Assembly: GCA_043826435.1 (NCBI GenBank) | Contig: JBDRQF010000050.1 | Location: forward strand, 1 to 34,104 | Source: Elusimicrobiota bacterium | GTDB taxonomy: Bacteria; Elusimicrobiota; Endomicrobiia; CG1-02-37-114; JAHJSO01 | Direction of reading: 5' to 3' | Length of the DNA: 34,104 bases | In this document: piece by piece, positions 1-8,946 of the stretch | How positions within the stretch are numbered: position 1 is the stretch's first letter | How the letters are laid out: each line of letters starts with the position of its first letter | Program-made: the position numbers and the translations under genes | Notes under the pieces: generated by a model | What the model was told of the DNA's origin: nothing | Seen by the model: only the letters and a program-made list of their open reading frames with translations | The model's database searches: none

Positions 1-1224
1 CAGCCGAAAGTCAGTGAAGTGTATTTTACCCAGGGGCTGAAGAAGTACCTTGAGGACAAGGACTTTGACGGTGCGATTGCAAAATTTGAGGATGCGCTTA
101 AGTTTGACAAGGGGAACAAGAAGGCAAAGACGTTCCTGGTAAAGATTTTAATTGAATACGGTTCCGAACTCTATCTGAAAAGGGAATACACCAATGCCCT
201 GCCGTATCTGAAAAAGGCGTATGAACTGTCGCCCGATAACAGTGAAGTAAAGCAGATGTATGAACTTACGGTGAAACAGACGTCCCCCGGAGATGTCTCC
301 CAGCAGGACGTCGTATCGTCCGCAGGAGCCGGGGCAAAGGACATGTTAAATCTGTTTACCGAGTTCCAGAAACAGCAGGAGAAAGTCATTTCTGATTATT
401 TCGGCCCCCAGCAGCAAACAATGGTTAAGATGATTTCCCAACTGGACACCGAAAGAAAAGAACTCCTGACGGTGCTTGCCACAGGGGGAAAAGAACTGAG
501 TAAAATCAGCAGGACGCTTGTGTGGGGGGGGATATCAGGCATTTTGTTCATCGCCCTTTTAATATTCCTGATAGGTATGTACACCAATTACGCAAGCGCG
601 AAAAGGGAAGCCATCCTGATGAAGCACCAGGAAAAAGTTCTGGGCATACTTAAGAATGAGTTCGCCTCGCTGAGTTCCGGCATAGCCACCGGCGGGACGG
701 CAGGCCGTGCTCTTCCGAGCGGGCAGGAAAACCTTTGTTCCAGGGAGTTGATATGCGACCCCAACCCGCACGTGAGGGCGCGGGGCATAGAAGTCATAGA
801 GGCGGAACTGATAGAGGAGCAGGAGGATACGGCAAAAGAGATAGCGGAAAAATTGCTTGTGCCTTATCTGAATGACCCTGATAACCGCGTCCGGGCGAAT
901 GCAGTGAAGGCGATATACAAGTATAACAAAAAATTGTCCATGGAAACGGTTCAGAGTATGATCAGAGATAATAACAAATGGATGCGGATGAGTGCCGCAT
1001 GGGTCCTGGGCGAACTGTCAGACGAAGAAACGTCGGCTAATTTACTGTGCGATTGCATTAATGATGAGGATGACAGCGTAAAGAAACGGATTGCGAAATC
1101 ACTTGAAAAATTATTAAGCACGGGGAAGGTGTCTAAAGCGTTAACTGTGAAGGTCAAGAAAATAGTTGAAGAAGTCCTGCCGACAGAAGTGCCTGCAGAA
1201 GCAAATGCACCCCAGCCTCTTTGA
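1..1224 (+). CDS. TPR + transmembrane + HEAT-repeat protein (probably 5'-truncated by the window)
   Basis: Frame is open from base 1. N-terminal TPR-like helices (AIAKFEDALKFD, ALPYLKKAYELSPDN), one hydrophobic segment (LVWGGISGILFIALLIFLIG), C-terminal HEAT/PBS-lyase repeats (DPNPHVRARG, DPDNRVRANA, DNNKWMRMSAAWVLG). Confidence 0.8.
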   Translation, partial: QPKVSEVYFTQGLKKYLEDKDFDGAIAKFEDALKFDKGNKKAKTFLVKILIEYGSELYLKREYTNALPYLKKAYELSPDNSEVKQMYELTVKQTSPGDVSQQDVVSSAGAGAKDMLNLFTEFQKQQEKVISDYFGPQQQTMVKMISQLDTERKELLTVLATGGKELSKISRTLVWGGISGILFIALLIFLIGMYTNYASAKREAILMKHQEKVLGILKNEFASLSSGIATGGTAGRALPSGQENLCSRELICDPNPHVRARGIEVIEAELIEEQEDTAKEIAEKLLVPYLNDPDNRVRANAVKAIYKYNKKLSMETVQSMIRDNNKWMRMSAAWVLGELSDEETSANLLCDCINDEDDSVKKRIAKSLEKLLSTGKVSKALTVKVKKIVEEVLPTEVPAEANAPQPL

Positions 1225-1891
1225 ACCCCTTATTCCGAAGTTTACAGGAGTCACACCTGCCGCATGGTTTTGGGCCGCCTGCATAACACGACCAGGTGAG
1301 ATGATGTGGCACGCCTAATCTTTTTCCCAGAAGTATAATTTTAGATTTGGACATTTTAAGCAGCGGTGTTTCAATCTTTATGTTTGCCGGGGTCAGTTTA
1401 TTGAAGGTCTTGAAATACCCGGGCCGGCAGTCAGGGTAGCCGCTGAAATCCAGGCAGTTCGCGCCGATGAAGATTTTTTTTGCCTTTATGGTCTCTGCAG
1501 CCGACAGGGCAAATGCCAGGAATATTGTATTTCTGGCAGGCACGTAGGTTGACACGTAGGTTGACACGTAGGTTGATGGCGGAATGATGTGTTTAAGCGG
1601 GGGGTGCGCAATCCGGTAGAGTTTTGACAGGGAGTGAACAGGTAGTCCCATCCCGGTGTCAATAAGAGAACTGCCGCCCCACGGGAGCCGGAATTTTATT
1701 ACGTAGAATGTCGCCCCTGCCTTGCGGGCTATTGTCCTGGCAGCGTTAATTTCCTTCCTGTGTCTCTGCCCGTAGTCAAAAATCAGGCAGACAGGTCTAA
1801 ACCCCCTGCTGATTGCATAATAGAGCGTCGTGGTTGAGTCCAGCCCGCCTGAAAGCAAAACGACCGCATTCTTCCCCACCGGCCCCGGCAT
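1154..1891 (-). CDS. queC: 7-cyano-7-deazaguanine synthase
   Basis: SGGLDS PP-loop, YGQRH, TYVPARN, GYPDCR, Zn motif TWSCY..CGRCDSC. Start placed at the ATG at 1891, just after the queD stop. Confidence 0.95.
   Translation of the reverse strand: MPGPVGKNAVVLLSGGLDSTTTLYYAISRGFRPVCLIFDYGQRHRKEINAARTIARKAGATFYVIKFRLPWGGSSLIDTGMGLPVHSLSKLYRIAHPPLKHIIPPSTYVSTYVSTYVPARNTIFLAFALSAAETIKAKKIFIGANCLDFSGYPDCRPGYFKTFNKLTPANIKIETPLLKMSKSKIILLGKRLGVPHHLTWSCYAGGPKPCGRCDSCKLRNKGFKEAGVHLLLQALLSAGLLQLFS
1541..1576. repeat. 12-bp perfect tandem repeat x3 (cacgtaggttga) inside queC
   Basis: Units at 1541, 1553 and 1565; they encode STYV-STYV-STYV. Confidence 0.95.
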
Positions 1892-1892
1892 T

Positions 1893-2309
1893 TTATCGTT
1901 GCCTCCCGCCGGGCCGCTGACGAGCGTTTTCATAAAAAGAAGCGGCCTGGTTGTCGCTTTCCCATACTGTTATTTTGCTGACTTTAATCTTCCCGGTTAT
2001 TTTGTATTGTGTTTTTAATTTTTTTTGGATGGATTCAAAGACGTATTTCGCTATGTTTTCCGACGTGGGGTTAATGCGGTCAAAGGGGGGAAGTTTGTTG
2101 AGGTAACCATGGTCAAATTTAGACAGGACGGCATCAACCAATTTTTTTGCTTCGGTAAAATCAAACAGCATTTCTGACTTGTCCAGCCCGCCGCCCGCTA
2201 ATGTGGTTTCAACCTTCCAGTTGTGGCCGTGCAGTTTTTCGCACTTACCCCTGTAGTTTCTCAGGTTGTGCGCGGATGAAAATTGTCTTATGAGTTTTAT
2301 TTCAAACAT
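1893..2309 (-). CDS. queD: 6-carboxytetrahydropterin synthase
   Basis: FSSAH, CEKLHGHNW, DH, NPTSENIA, VWES motifs; ATG at 2309 directly after the murI stop. Confidence 0.93.
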   Translation of the reverse strand: MFEIKLIRQFSSAHNLRNYRGKCEKLHGHNWKVETTLAGGGLDKSEMLFDFTEAKKLVDAVLSKFDHGYLNKLPPFDRINPTSENIAKYVFESIQKKLKTQYKITGKIKVSKITVWESDNQAASFYENARQRPGGRQR

Positions 2310-2310
2310 T

Positions 2311-3174
2311 TTACGGTACCCCGGCGCCCCCGCTACCCCCGGCGCCATGAAATTTTTCAATGTCTATCTCTTTTACCGATTCTATTTTCCTGCCGAGGAA
2401 CCTTTCCCCGGCCATGACGAACCTGTCCGGAGCGTCACTCACATAGAAATTATACGAAGGTTTCTTATTTTTTGAGAGAAGGTTTTTACACAACAGCAAT
2501 GACTTTGCTTTCACAGCAGTGGCCCGCGCAGAGTCAATTATGTTTATGCCCCTGTCGAGGACTTCTATTATTACGTCCTTTATTAACGGGTAGTGAGTGC
2601 AACCCAGAATAAGGGTATCAATATTCCTGCCCCTGAGCGGCGACAGGTATTTTTCCGCTACTGATTTGACTATTTTTCTGCGGTCGCCCGAAGCGTTCCA
2701 CCCTTCCTCTATAAGAGGGACGAACAGCGGGCACGGTACTGAAAATATTTGGACTCTTTTACGCATCCCCCCTGCAAGTTTTAGAATGGTCAGCGGGTAG
2801 GAATTGCTTTTTATGGTCCCCGCCGTCCCGATTACCCCTATCCTTCCGGACGCGCTGGTTTCAATGGCTTCCTCTGCTCCGGGTTCAATCACCCCCATAA
2901 CGGGAATTTTTGTTTTTCTCCTGAGCAGCGGTAGAGCGAAAGATGAGGCGGTATTACATGCAACTATTACCGCCTTTATTTTTTTTGTCAGAAGAAAATC
3001 CAGTATCTGTCCGGAAAAATCCGTTACCGTTTTTCTGGATTTTGTCCCGTAGGGGACGCGTGCGGTGTCCCCGAAATATACCAGGGACTCCGACGGAAGT
3101 TGTCTCATGATTTCCTTTACGACCGTCAGGCCTCCTATGCCGGAATCAAAAATGCCGATTGGAAGATTTTGCAT
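2311..3174 (-). CDS. murI: glutamate racemase
   Basis: IGIFDSGIGGL, PYG, VACNTAS, LGCTHYP. Confidence 0.97.
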   Translation of the reverse strand: MQNLPIGIFDSGIGGLTVVKEIMRQLPSESLVYFGDTARVPYGTKSRKTVTDFSGQILDFLLTKKIKAVIVACNTASSFALPLLRRKTKIPVMGVIEPGAEEAIETSASGRIGVIGTAGTIKSNSYPLTILKLAGGMRKRVQIFSVPCPLFVPLIEEGWNASGDRRKIVKSVAEKYLSPLRGRNIDTLILGCTHYPLIKDVIIEVLDRGINIIDSARATAVKAKSLLLCKNLLSKNKKPSYNFYVSDAPDRFVMAGERFLGRKIESVKEIDIEKFHGAGGSGGAGVP

Positions 3175-3185
3175 TATGGTCTCCC

Positions 3186-4820
3186 CTATTCAATGTACCT
3201 GCGGGTGTATTTCTTTATTCCTGAATAAACGGCATCGGCGATCTTTTTCTGGAACCTCCTTGAACGGAGTTTCGCCTCCTCGGCCGGATTTGAAATAAAA
3301 GCGGCTTCCACCAGTATGGCGGGCATCTGCGCCCCCCGGAGTACGTAAAAGCCCGCCTGCTTTATACCGCGGTTTTCTATCTTTAAGTTATGCGTGACTT
3401 CTTTTGTAATAAACGAACAAAGTTTTGACGACTCATTTATAAATTCGTTGACCACCATTGACCACAACAGCATCTGCAATTTTTCTCTTTTGGGGTCTAG
3501 TTTCTTTTTTTCTTTTTCAAGTTGCACGACTGAATTTTCAAGAGCGGCCGTTGCGAGAGCTTCGGGGTCGCTTGCCAGCTCCGACAGAAAATATATTTCA
3601 AACCCGTTGGAGTCCTTTTTTAAACTCGCATTGCAGTGGATGGATATAAAAAGGTCTGCGCCCTGGGTGTTCGCCATGTTTGTCCTGTCAACGAGGGGGA
3701 TGAAAGTGTCGTCTTTACGGGTTAAAATGACCTCATAGCCGTCCTCTTCAAGCAGATATGAGATATCCTGGGCGATGGCAAGGTTTATGTACTTTTCTTT
3801 TGTGCCGTTCGGGCCTACTGCACCGGGGTCGTCCCCGCCGTGCCCGGGGTCAAGGACAATCCTTATTTTAGCGGTACGGATGACTGCCGCTGCAACGAAT
3901 CCGGCGGTTGTAGCGCCTGTAAGAGTGGTTGTTGCCGTGGCGAATTCAGAGGATGTAGCGGCGGCTGTGCGGGTATCTGTAGTTATGGCGAATTCAGTGG
4001 TTGTGGCGCCTGTAAGGGTTTCCCCGGCAACCCCTGTTGTTCCCACGTCAAAGACCAGCCGCAGGGGTTTTTCCTTTAATTTATAATCAACAATGCAATC
4101 ATCACTGGCCAATCTAATTCTATATTCAACCACCCTGTATTTGTTCTGGACCGTTATTTGTTTTATGGCGCCTTCGTCAAATTCTAATTTTTCCGGCAGG
4201 GCGCGGGCATTGTAAAACACAATCTCGTATTCCTTTTTTGATTTAGGGGCCACCCTGAAATGGATTTTCTCGGCCAGCTCAATGTTGACCCGTGTCCTGC
4301 CGTCGTCAACATAATGCCTCGGGGAGAAAACATTCATAACGGTATCAAAAAACATAATGTTTTTGTCCGGGTCGTATGATACGTTATACCCGGCCGTTTC
4401 CATAAAATCTTTGCCGGTGAAGAAATCGGCTGGGATGAAGGCATCGTTCCGGACGGTACGGATAGATGCAGGCAGTGTCCGTTTATTGGCGTTTATCAGG
4501 ATATTTTTTGTCCCGAGGAAGAATGAAATCTGATTGTTGTTGACCGAAAGCAGGACCCTGCCTGAGACCCCGTACCATTTTATAGCCCCGCCGCAAGCCC
4601 TTGCAGTGTCTCTTAATGACAGGTACAGAATATTGTTGTATGTTTTTGCCGATATCGGCCTGCCCAGTTCGTCGTCTATTATGGTGGTGATTTTGTCCGG
4701 TTGGACCGGCGCGGCTCGGGCATATAACGGTGCCTCCTGTGAGAAAGGAAGGTGTTGCCCGACCAGGCATAAAAGGCAGGTGAAAATAAGCGCCGCCAGC
4801 AAGTTTTTGAAAAATTTCAT
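3186..4820 (-). CDS. N-acetylmuramoyl-L-alanine amidase (Amidase_3) with N-terminal accessory domains and Thr/Ala-rich linker
   Basis: Signal peptide; LDPGHGG, EK, FISIHCNA, AILVEAAFISNP. Confidence 0.92.
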   Translation of the reverse strand: MKFFKNLLAALIFTCLLCLVGQHLPFSQEAPLYARAAPVQPDKITTIIDDELGRPISAKTYNNILYLSLRDTARACGGAIKWYGVSGRVLLSVNNNQISFFLGTKNILINANKRTLPASIRTVRNDAFIPADFFTGKDFMETAGYNVSYDPDKNIMFFDTVMNVFSPRHYVDDGRTRVNIELAEKIHFRVAPKSKKEYEIVFYNARALPEKLEFDEGAIKQITVQNKYRVVEYRIRLASDDCIVDYKLKEKPLRLVFDVGTTGVAGETLTGATTTEFAITTDTRTAAATSSEFATATTTLTGATTAGFVAAAVIRTAKIRIVLDPGHGGDDPGAVGPNGTKEKYINLAIAQDISYLLEEDGYEVILTRKDDTFIPLVDRTNMANTQGADLFISIHCNASLKKDSNGFEIYFLSELASDPEALATAALENSVVQLEKEKKKLDPKREKLQMLLWSMVVNEFINESSKLCSFITKEVTHNLKIENRGIKQAGFYVLRGAQMPAILVEAAFISNPAEEAKLRSRRFQKKIADAVYSGIKKYTRRYIE

Positions 4821-5884
4821 ATCCTTAATTGCGCTATGCTCCCGTCATCCGCCGGGGTTATGTTAAGCCGTTTTTCCCGGCTGTTGCCGCTTGTGAAGTC
4901 GGCTATGTCAACCGGGACGCTGGCGGAATTTTTTTCGTCGCTGTATCTTGCGACGATGCCCGCCGAGGTTTCAATTTCTTCCCGAATATTTTTGTGATTA
5001 TCCGTAATGAGAATGGCTGTCGGCCCCGGGAAGGGTTCTCCCGTGGACAACAATACCCCGCTGTTTTTATTTTCTTCCCAGTATTTCCGTATTTTAACGT
5101 TCTCGTCGTGGTTTCTGCCGACTATCAATTTTGATTTTTCAGAAAAGCGGAAGTGTCTGCCGATTTTAAGGAGAGGGATTCCGCCCGTATCATTTTGCGT
5201 GCGGGGTTGCGTTCCGGCAGGTTCGTGTGTGAAATAGTCCCTCAGTCGTTTAGAATACAGCGGGTCGGTCAGGAGGCACCCGCCGGCCGGCTGGGGGATG
5301 TCTTTAAGTCCGAACGTCCCTGCGAGTTGAATCTGCGGTTTTCTTGAGCGTGAGGAAAACCCGTAGAGTTTTTGCCTGTCAACGAGACCCTTTTTTTCCG
5401 GGATTGTTTCTTCAAGCAGTTTTGCAGACAGGGGCCTCAGGAGTAGTCCTTCCAGCCCGGCTTCCTGTTCAATAAGTTTCAGCGTGGGCAGATTCTGGGA
5501 CATGGGCCTCTGGCGCAGCACCTCGCCGGTTACAATAAAATCAGCCCCGCATTGCGCCATTAATCTTTTTGCCTCTTTTAGCATAAGGATTCTGCAGTCA
5601 ATACAGGGGTTCATGTTCCTGCCGTGCCCGTGTTTTGGATTTTTCACCATTTCAACGAACGTCTGCCCGAGGGGGAAATACTTAAGGACAAACCCGTAAG
5701 CGTCTGCGACCGAATCACTTGCTTTGGAACATGAGGATTTGTCCTCAACGGAGCAACCGAACGGCGTGGTAAAATTTATTGCAATTATGTCTATATTCTG
5801 CTGAAGGAGTACGAGAACCGCCAGCGTGGAATCAAGTCCGCCTGAATATAATGCAATCGCTTTTGTCATAGATGTTGCATTCAT
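4817..5884 (-). CDS. PP-loop tRNA sulfurtransferase-like protein (ThiI/MnmA-related, no THUMP, DUF814-like C-terminus)
   Basis: SGGLDS, NPCIDCR, TGEVL.QRPMSQ, PAGGCLLTDP, GRHFR, IVGRN. Confidence 0.8.
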   Translation of the reverse strand: MNATSMTKAIALYSGGLDSTLAVLVLLQQNIDIIAINFTTPFGCSVEDKSSCSKASDSVADAYGFVLKYFPLGQTFVEMVKNPKHGHGRNMNPCIDCRILMLKEAKRLMAQCGADFIVTGEVLRQRPMSQNLPTLKLIEQEAGLEGLLLRPLSAKLLEETIPEKKGLVDRQKLYGFSSRSRKPQIQLAGTFGLKDIPQPAGGCLLTDPLYSKRLRDYFTHEPAGTQPRTQNDTGGIPLLKIGRHFRFSEKSKLIVGRNHDENVKIRKYWEENKNSGVLLSTGEPFPGPTAILITDNHKNIREEIETSAGIVARYSDEKNSASVPVDIADFTSGNSREKRLNITPADDGSIAQLRI

Positions 5885-6306
5885 TTAACAAACCATATAC
5901 CTATAATTATAAGGATTGTGCCGAGGAACCTCTCCCATGTTAATGTCTCTTTAAGAAAAACAATGCTCAGTATTGCCGTTACCAGAGGGTATGTCGCAGC
6001 AAGAGGCACTATCCTTGACGTTTCACTCAGTTGCAGGGCCTTATAGAAAGTAAAAACGCCAAGGCAACCTGCTACAATCCCGCTCGCAGCAAGGAAGATT
6101 AAAGACCTCGGGCTGATGAGAAAAAGGCTTGTTGCCTTTCCGGTCAGCAATGCGGAAATCATTAAAATTACGGCTATAATCATATTCCTGACAGCCGTCC
6201 CCTGAAAAGGGGTTATCCCCGACGAGAGAGCCATCTTGTCAAAAATGGGAGCAACCCCCCACAGAATAGAAGTAACGACGAGCAGCATAATTACCGTTGA
6301 TGACAT
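5881..6306 (-). CDS. EamA/DMT family small membrane transporter
   Basis: 141 aa, about 5 hydrophobic helices, FYKAL...S.IVPL...YP...FLKE pattern. Confidence 0.88.
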   Translation of the reverse strand: MSSTVIMLLVVTSILWGVAPIFDKMALSSGITPFQGTAVRNMIIAVILMISALLTGKATSLFLISPRSLIFLAASGIVAGCLGVFTFYKALQLSETSRIVPLAATYPLVTAILSIVFLKETLTWERFLGTILIIIGIWFVK

Positions 6307-6346
6307 TTTAAGTTTCCTCCGGGTGATTTTTTTAACCTTTATGTGA

Positions 6347-8551
6347 TTACGAACCCTTATTTAGTATTTCCTCCGCTATTGTTTTTATCGGCAGATCCCC
6401 GCTTTTTGCAAGTTCTCTTAATGCCTTTTCAACAGATGGGTCGGGGAGAAATCCCCTGAGTGACCGTGCCGCCATACCCCTGACATCAACCGGCATTCCC
6501 TTTATCAGTCCGAACAACCCGGGGTATGACCGGACAATCTTAATCAGGAAAGGAACGGCGGACGGGTCCTTCAATTTCCCAAGTACGGCGATAATGTCTT
6601 TCTGTATTTCGGGGCCTGCCGACGGAAAAGCCGCCTTCATCTCAGGGACTGCCTCCGATATGCCGTATTTGTCAATTATGTCAAGCGCTCCCTCCTTCAG
6701 GAAATCCTCCTGATGCCGGAGCATGCCGGCTATGAGTATCCTGCTTTCAGCGGTGTTGAGTTTGCCCAGGTAGTCCAGGATAGATATTTTTGCCTGCGGT
6801 GACCCGAACGGCAGTATCCTTTTAATTTCATTCAGGAAATCCCCCCCGGGGAATTCATCCAGCACTTCTATAAGGCGTCTTAATTCCTGGCCCGTAAGTC
6901 CCATGTTCAGATTGTCTTTTATGCCGTTTATGCAACTTTCCCCGTATGAGTTCAATATCCCGGCGGACAGTTTTCTGGTTCTGTAGTCCTCGGTTTCTTT
7001 TATAAAAGTTATCAGTGAAGGGACGGTATCCTCCGACGCATTAAGCAGAAACCACCTGGCGACGTCCTGCTTGTCGGGGTCTGCGGAAGTGAAGTCAGCA
7101 AGGAGCAGGTTTTTTATGTTTGTGAATATGGAGGATATGGCTCCCTGCGCCTGGTCTGTCTTGCTTGAGTCGGAGAAAAAATCAGGCATGGATAATTTTT
7201 TTAGCGACGCCAGCAGGCCCTTTACAAGTGAATAGCAACCGTAGGAAATTAGTTTTTCAATGATATTTGATACAGCGAGTATCTGGGTTGAATATATCCC
7301 TTTTTCATTCTCCCTTTCTGAAGATGTTAAGAAGGAGTTCGCCATGCCAATAAGTTGATTGACCTTCTTATACCTGCCGAGGACCTCAATGAATTTGTCC
7401 ATTGTTTCCGAGGCGACCCTCCTGATTTTTACCAGGGGGTTTTGCAGGTTTTCAGACATCTTTTCCATGAGTTTTGTGACGGTATCGTCAAGCCCTAACT
7501 GGCAGAGTTTCTCTACGACTTCGGGCAGGTGCTCAACGACGCCCAACTCCAGCAGGGAGCCGCTGTCCCCTTCAATTATGCTGTCAATCTGGAGCAACAG
7601 GGATTGCTTTTTCCTGCGTGTCTCTTCAACCCATCCGGGGATCTGGTCAAGCAGCCCCACGCGGAACAGTTCCTCATAAACCTCCATGGAGACCAGTTTT
7701 GAGGCGGGCGAGGCGAGGAATTTTTTTATGAAGTCCTTGAGGGACGTAAGGTATTTAATAAACTCGGAGGCGGACGATGAACTGGATTTCATCTCGGAAC
7801 ACCATTTTATTACGTCCCTGAAAATATCCTCTATACGTTCCTTTGTAAGGGTTGAGAGGAGGGCGTCTTTCAGCCCGCTTTTTTCTATTTTCGGCGGGAG
7901 TTCCTTTTCCAGTAATTCCTTTATGAGTGAAACGTCCTTGTTAGAAAGATAGTTTGCAATCCTTTCCTGGATTTGTTCTCTGGTGTTTTTGTCCTGGACT
8001 TCGTCAAGAATGTTGTAAACCTGGCTTATGGTATTCATAACGTCAGGCATGTCCTCTGTGTCCTTGTTGAGGAGTTCAAGGATTTTGCGGACGTTTGTCT
8101 CTGTTTTGAGGACAGGGATATAGTCAATCTGGTCTATGACGATATTATCAATTTTTTTCTCATTGAAAAGTTTTTCAAGAAAGTCCTTTGTTTTCAGATG
8201 CGGTTTTTTATGCGTGATGCCGTCCAGGAAAACGTTCAGGTTGTCACGGGTCATGCCCTTTTTAAGCGTGATGCTGTGTATTTCCTGATTTCTTAATATG
8301 CGGGCAAAATCAGTCATCTGGTTCCTGATTGTAACGTCGGGGACGGTTAATTCATGGCCGTCAACGAGCAGGGCGCCGCCCATTTCCATAAGTGAGAGCA
8401 TCGGCGATTGAGCCAGGTATTCATCCAGCGATTCAAAAAGTTCATCAAAATTTTTCTGGACGATATCGCTGCCCGAAGGATACATCCTCATATTAACGAT
8501 GGTCATCCTGAACAGTTTTATGATTTTTGAAAGGAGTTCCGGTTTATCCAT
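6347..8551 (-). CDS. large helical HEAT-repeat protein
   Basis: 734-aa ORF; C-terminal HEAT-like repeats (LGKLKDPSAVPFL, DVRGMAARSL). Confidence 0.7.
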   Translation of the reverse strand: MDKPELLSKIIKLFRMTIVNMRMYPSGSDIVQKNFDELFESLDEYLAQSPMLSLMEMGGALLVDGHELTVPDVTIRNQMTDFARILRNQEIHSITLKKGMTRDNLNVFLDGITHKKPHLKTKDFLEKLFNEKKIDNIVIDQIDYIPVLKTETNVRKILELLNKDTEDMPDVMNTISQVYNILDEVQDKNTREQIQERIANYLSNKDVSLIKELLEKELPPKIEKSGLKDALLSTLTKERIEDIFRDVIKWCSEMKSSSSSASEFIKYLTSLKDFIKKFLASPASKLVSMEVYEELFRVGLLDQIPGWVEETRRKKQSLLLQIDSIIEGDSGSLLELGVVEHLPEVVEKLCQLGLDDTVTKLMEKMSENLQNPLVKIRRVASETMDKFIEVLGRYKKVNQLIGMANSFLTSSERENEKGIYSTQILAVSNIIEKLISYGCYSLVKGLLASLKKLSMPDFFSDSSKTDQAQGAISSIFTNIKNLLLADFTSADPDKQDVARWFLLNASEDTVPSLITFIKETEDYRTRKLSAGILNSYGESCINGIKDNLNMGLTGQELRRLIEVLDEFPGGDFLNEIKRILPFGSPQAKISILDYLGKLNTAESRILIAGMLRHQEDFLKEGALDIIDKYGISEAVPEMKAAFPSAGPEIQKDIIAVLGKLKDPSAVPFLIKIVRSYPGLFGLIKGMPVDVRGMAARSLRGFLPDPSVEKALRELAKSGDLPIKTIAEEILNKGS

Positions 8552-8694
8552 ATTTATCCCTAAGACCTGAATGCAGATCTACTGTTACATAATTACGGAT
8601 TTAAGCGGAGAGATATTGTGCGCGGTTTTGGCACCTGCAAAGGCAGATGCTTTTGCGTGAGAAATATGGCGCCCTGTAAGGTTACATCTTACGG

Positions 8695-8946
8695 TCAGGG
8701 GATTACCTTATAAATCGTATCACCCTTCCTTGCCCTTTCATTCACTTTCATTCCGACCGAGTCGCCCTTTACCGCCTTCTGAACGCCCTTGTGTTCAATT
8801 TGCATGGATTCAATCTGCTGGATAAAATCAGTTGTGTGGCCTTTAACGTGCAGTGTGTCCCCGACCGCAATTTCATTTTCAACCTTGAAAGCAATTGCCG
8901 GGATGTGCGTAAAAAAATCCTCCACGACGCCGACTTTAAGTTCCAT
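8695..8946 (-). CDS. small beta-barrel 'translation elongation factor-like' protein (EF-Tu domain II / U32 C-terminal-like)
   Basis: VG.V..FF, VGDTLHVKGHTTDF.Q.IESMQIEH, A.KGDSVG; G-rich RBS before the ATG at 8946. Confidence 0.75.
   Translation of the reverse strand: MELKVGVVEDFFTHIPAIAFKVENEIAVGDTLHVKGHTTDFIQQIESMQIEHKGVQKAVKGDSVGMKVNERARKGDTIYKVIP

Noticed and set aside
1154..2309. Dpd-type 7-deazaguanine DNA modification island
   Set aside because: No dpdA/tgt-like or other defence genes; the context is housekeeping.
2300..2360. preQ1 riboswitch upstream of queD/queC
   Set aside because: There is no intergenic space (murI stop abuts the queD start) and no preQ1 consensus.
8552..8694. 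c-di-GMP riboswitch in the spacer before the HEAT gene
   Set aside because: A hairpin (gcacctgc-aaag-gcagatgc) exists, but the c-di-GMP-I/II consensus elements are not in the right order.
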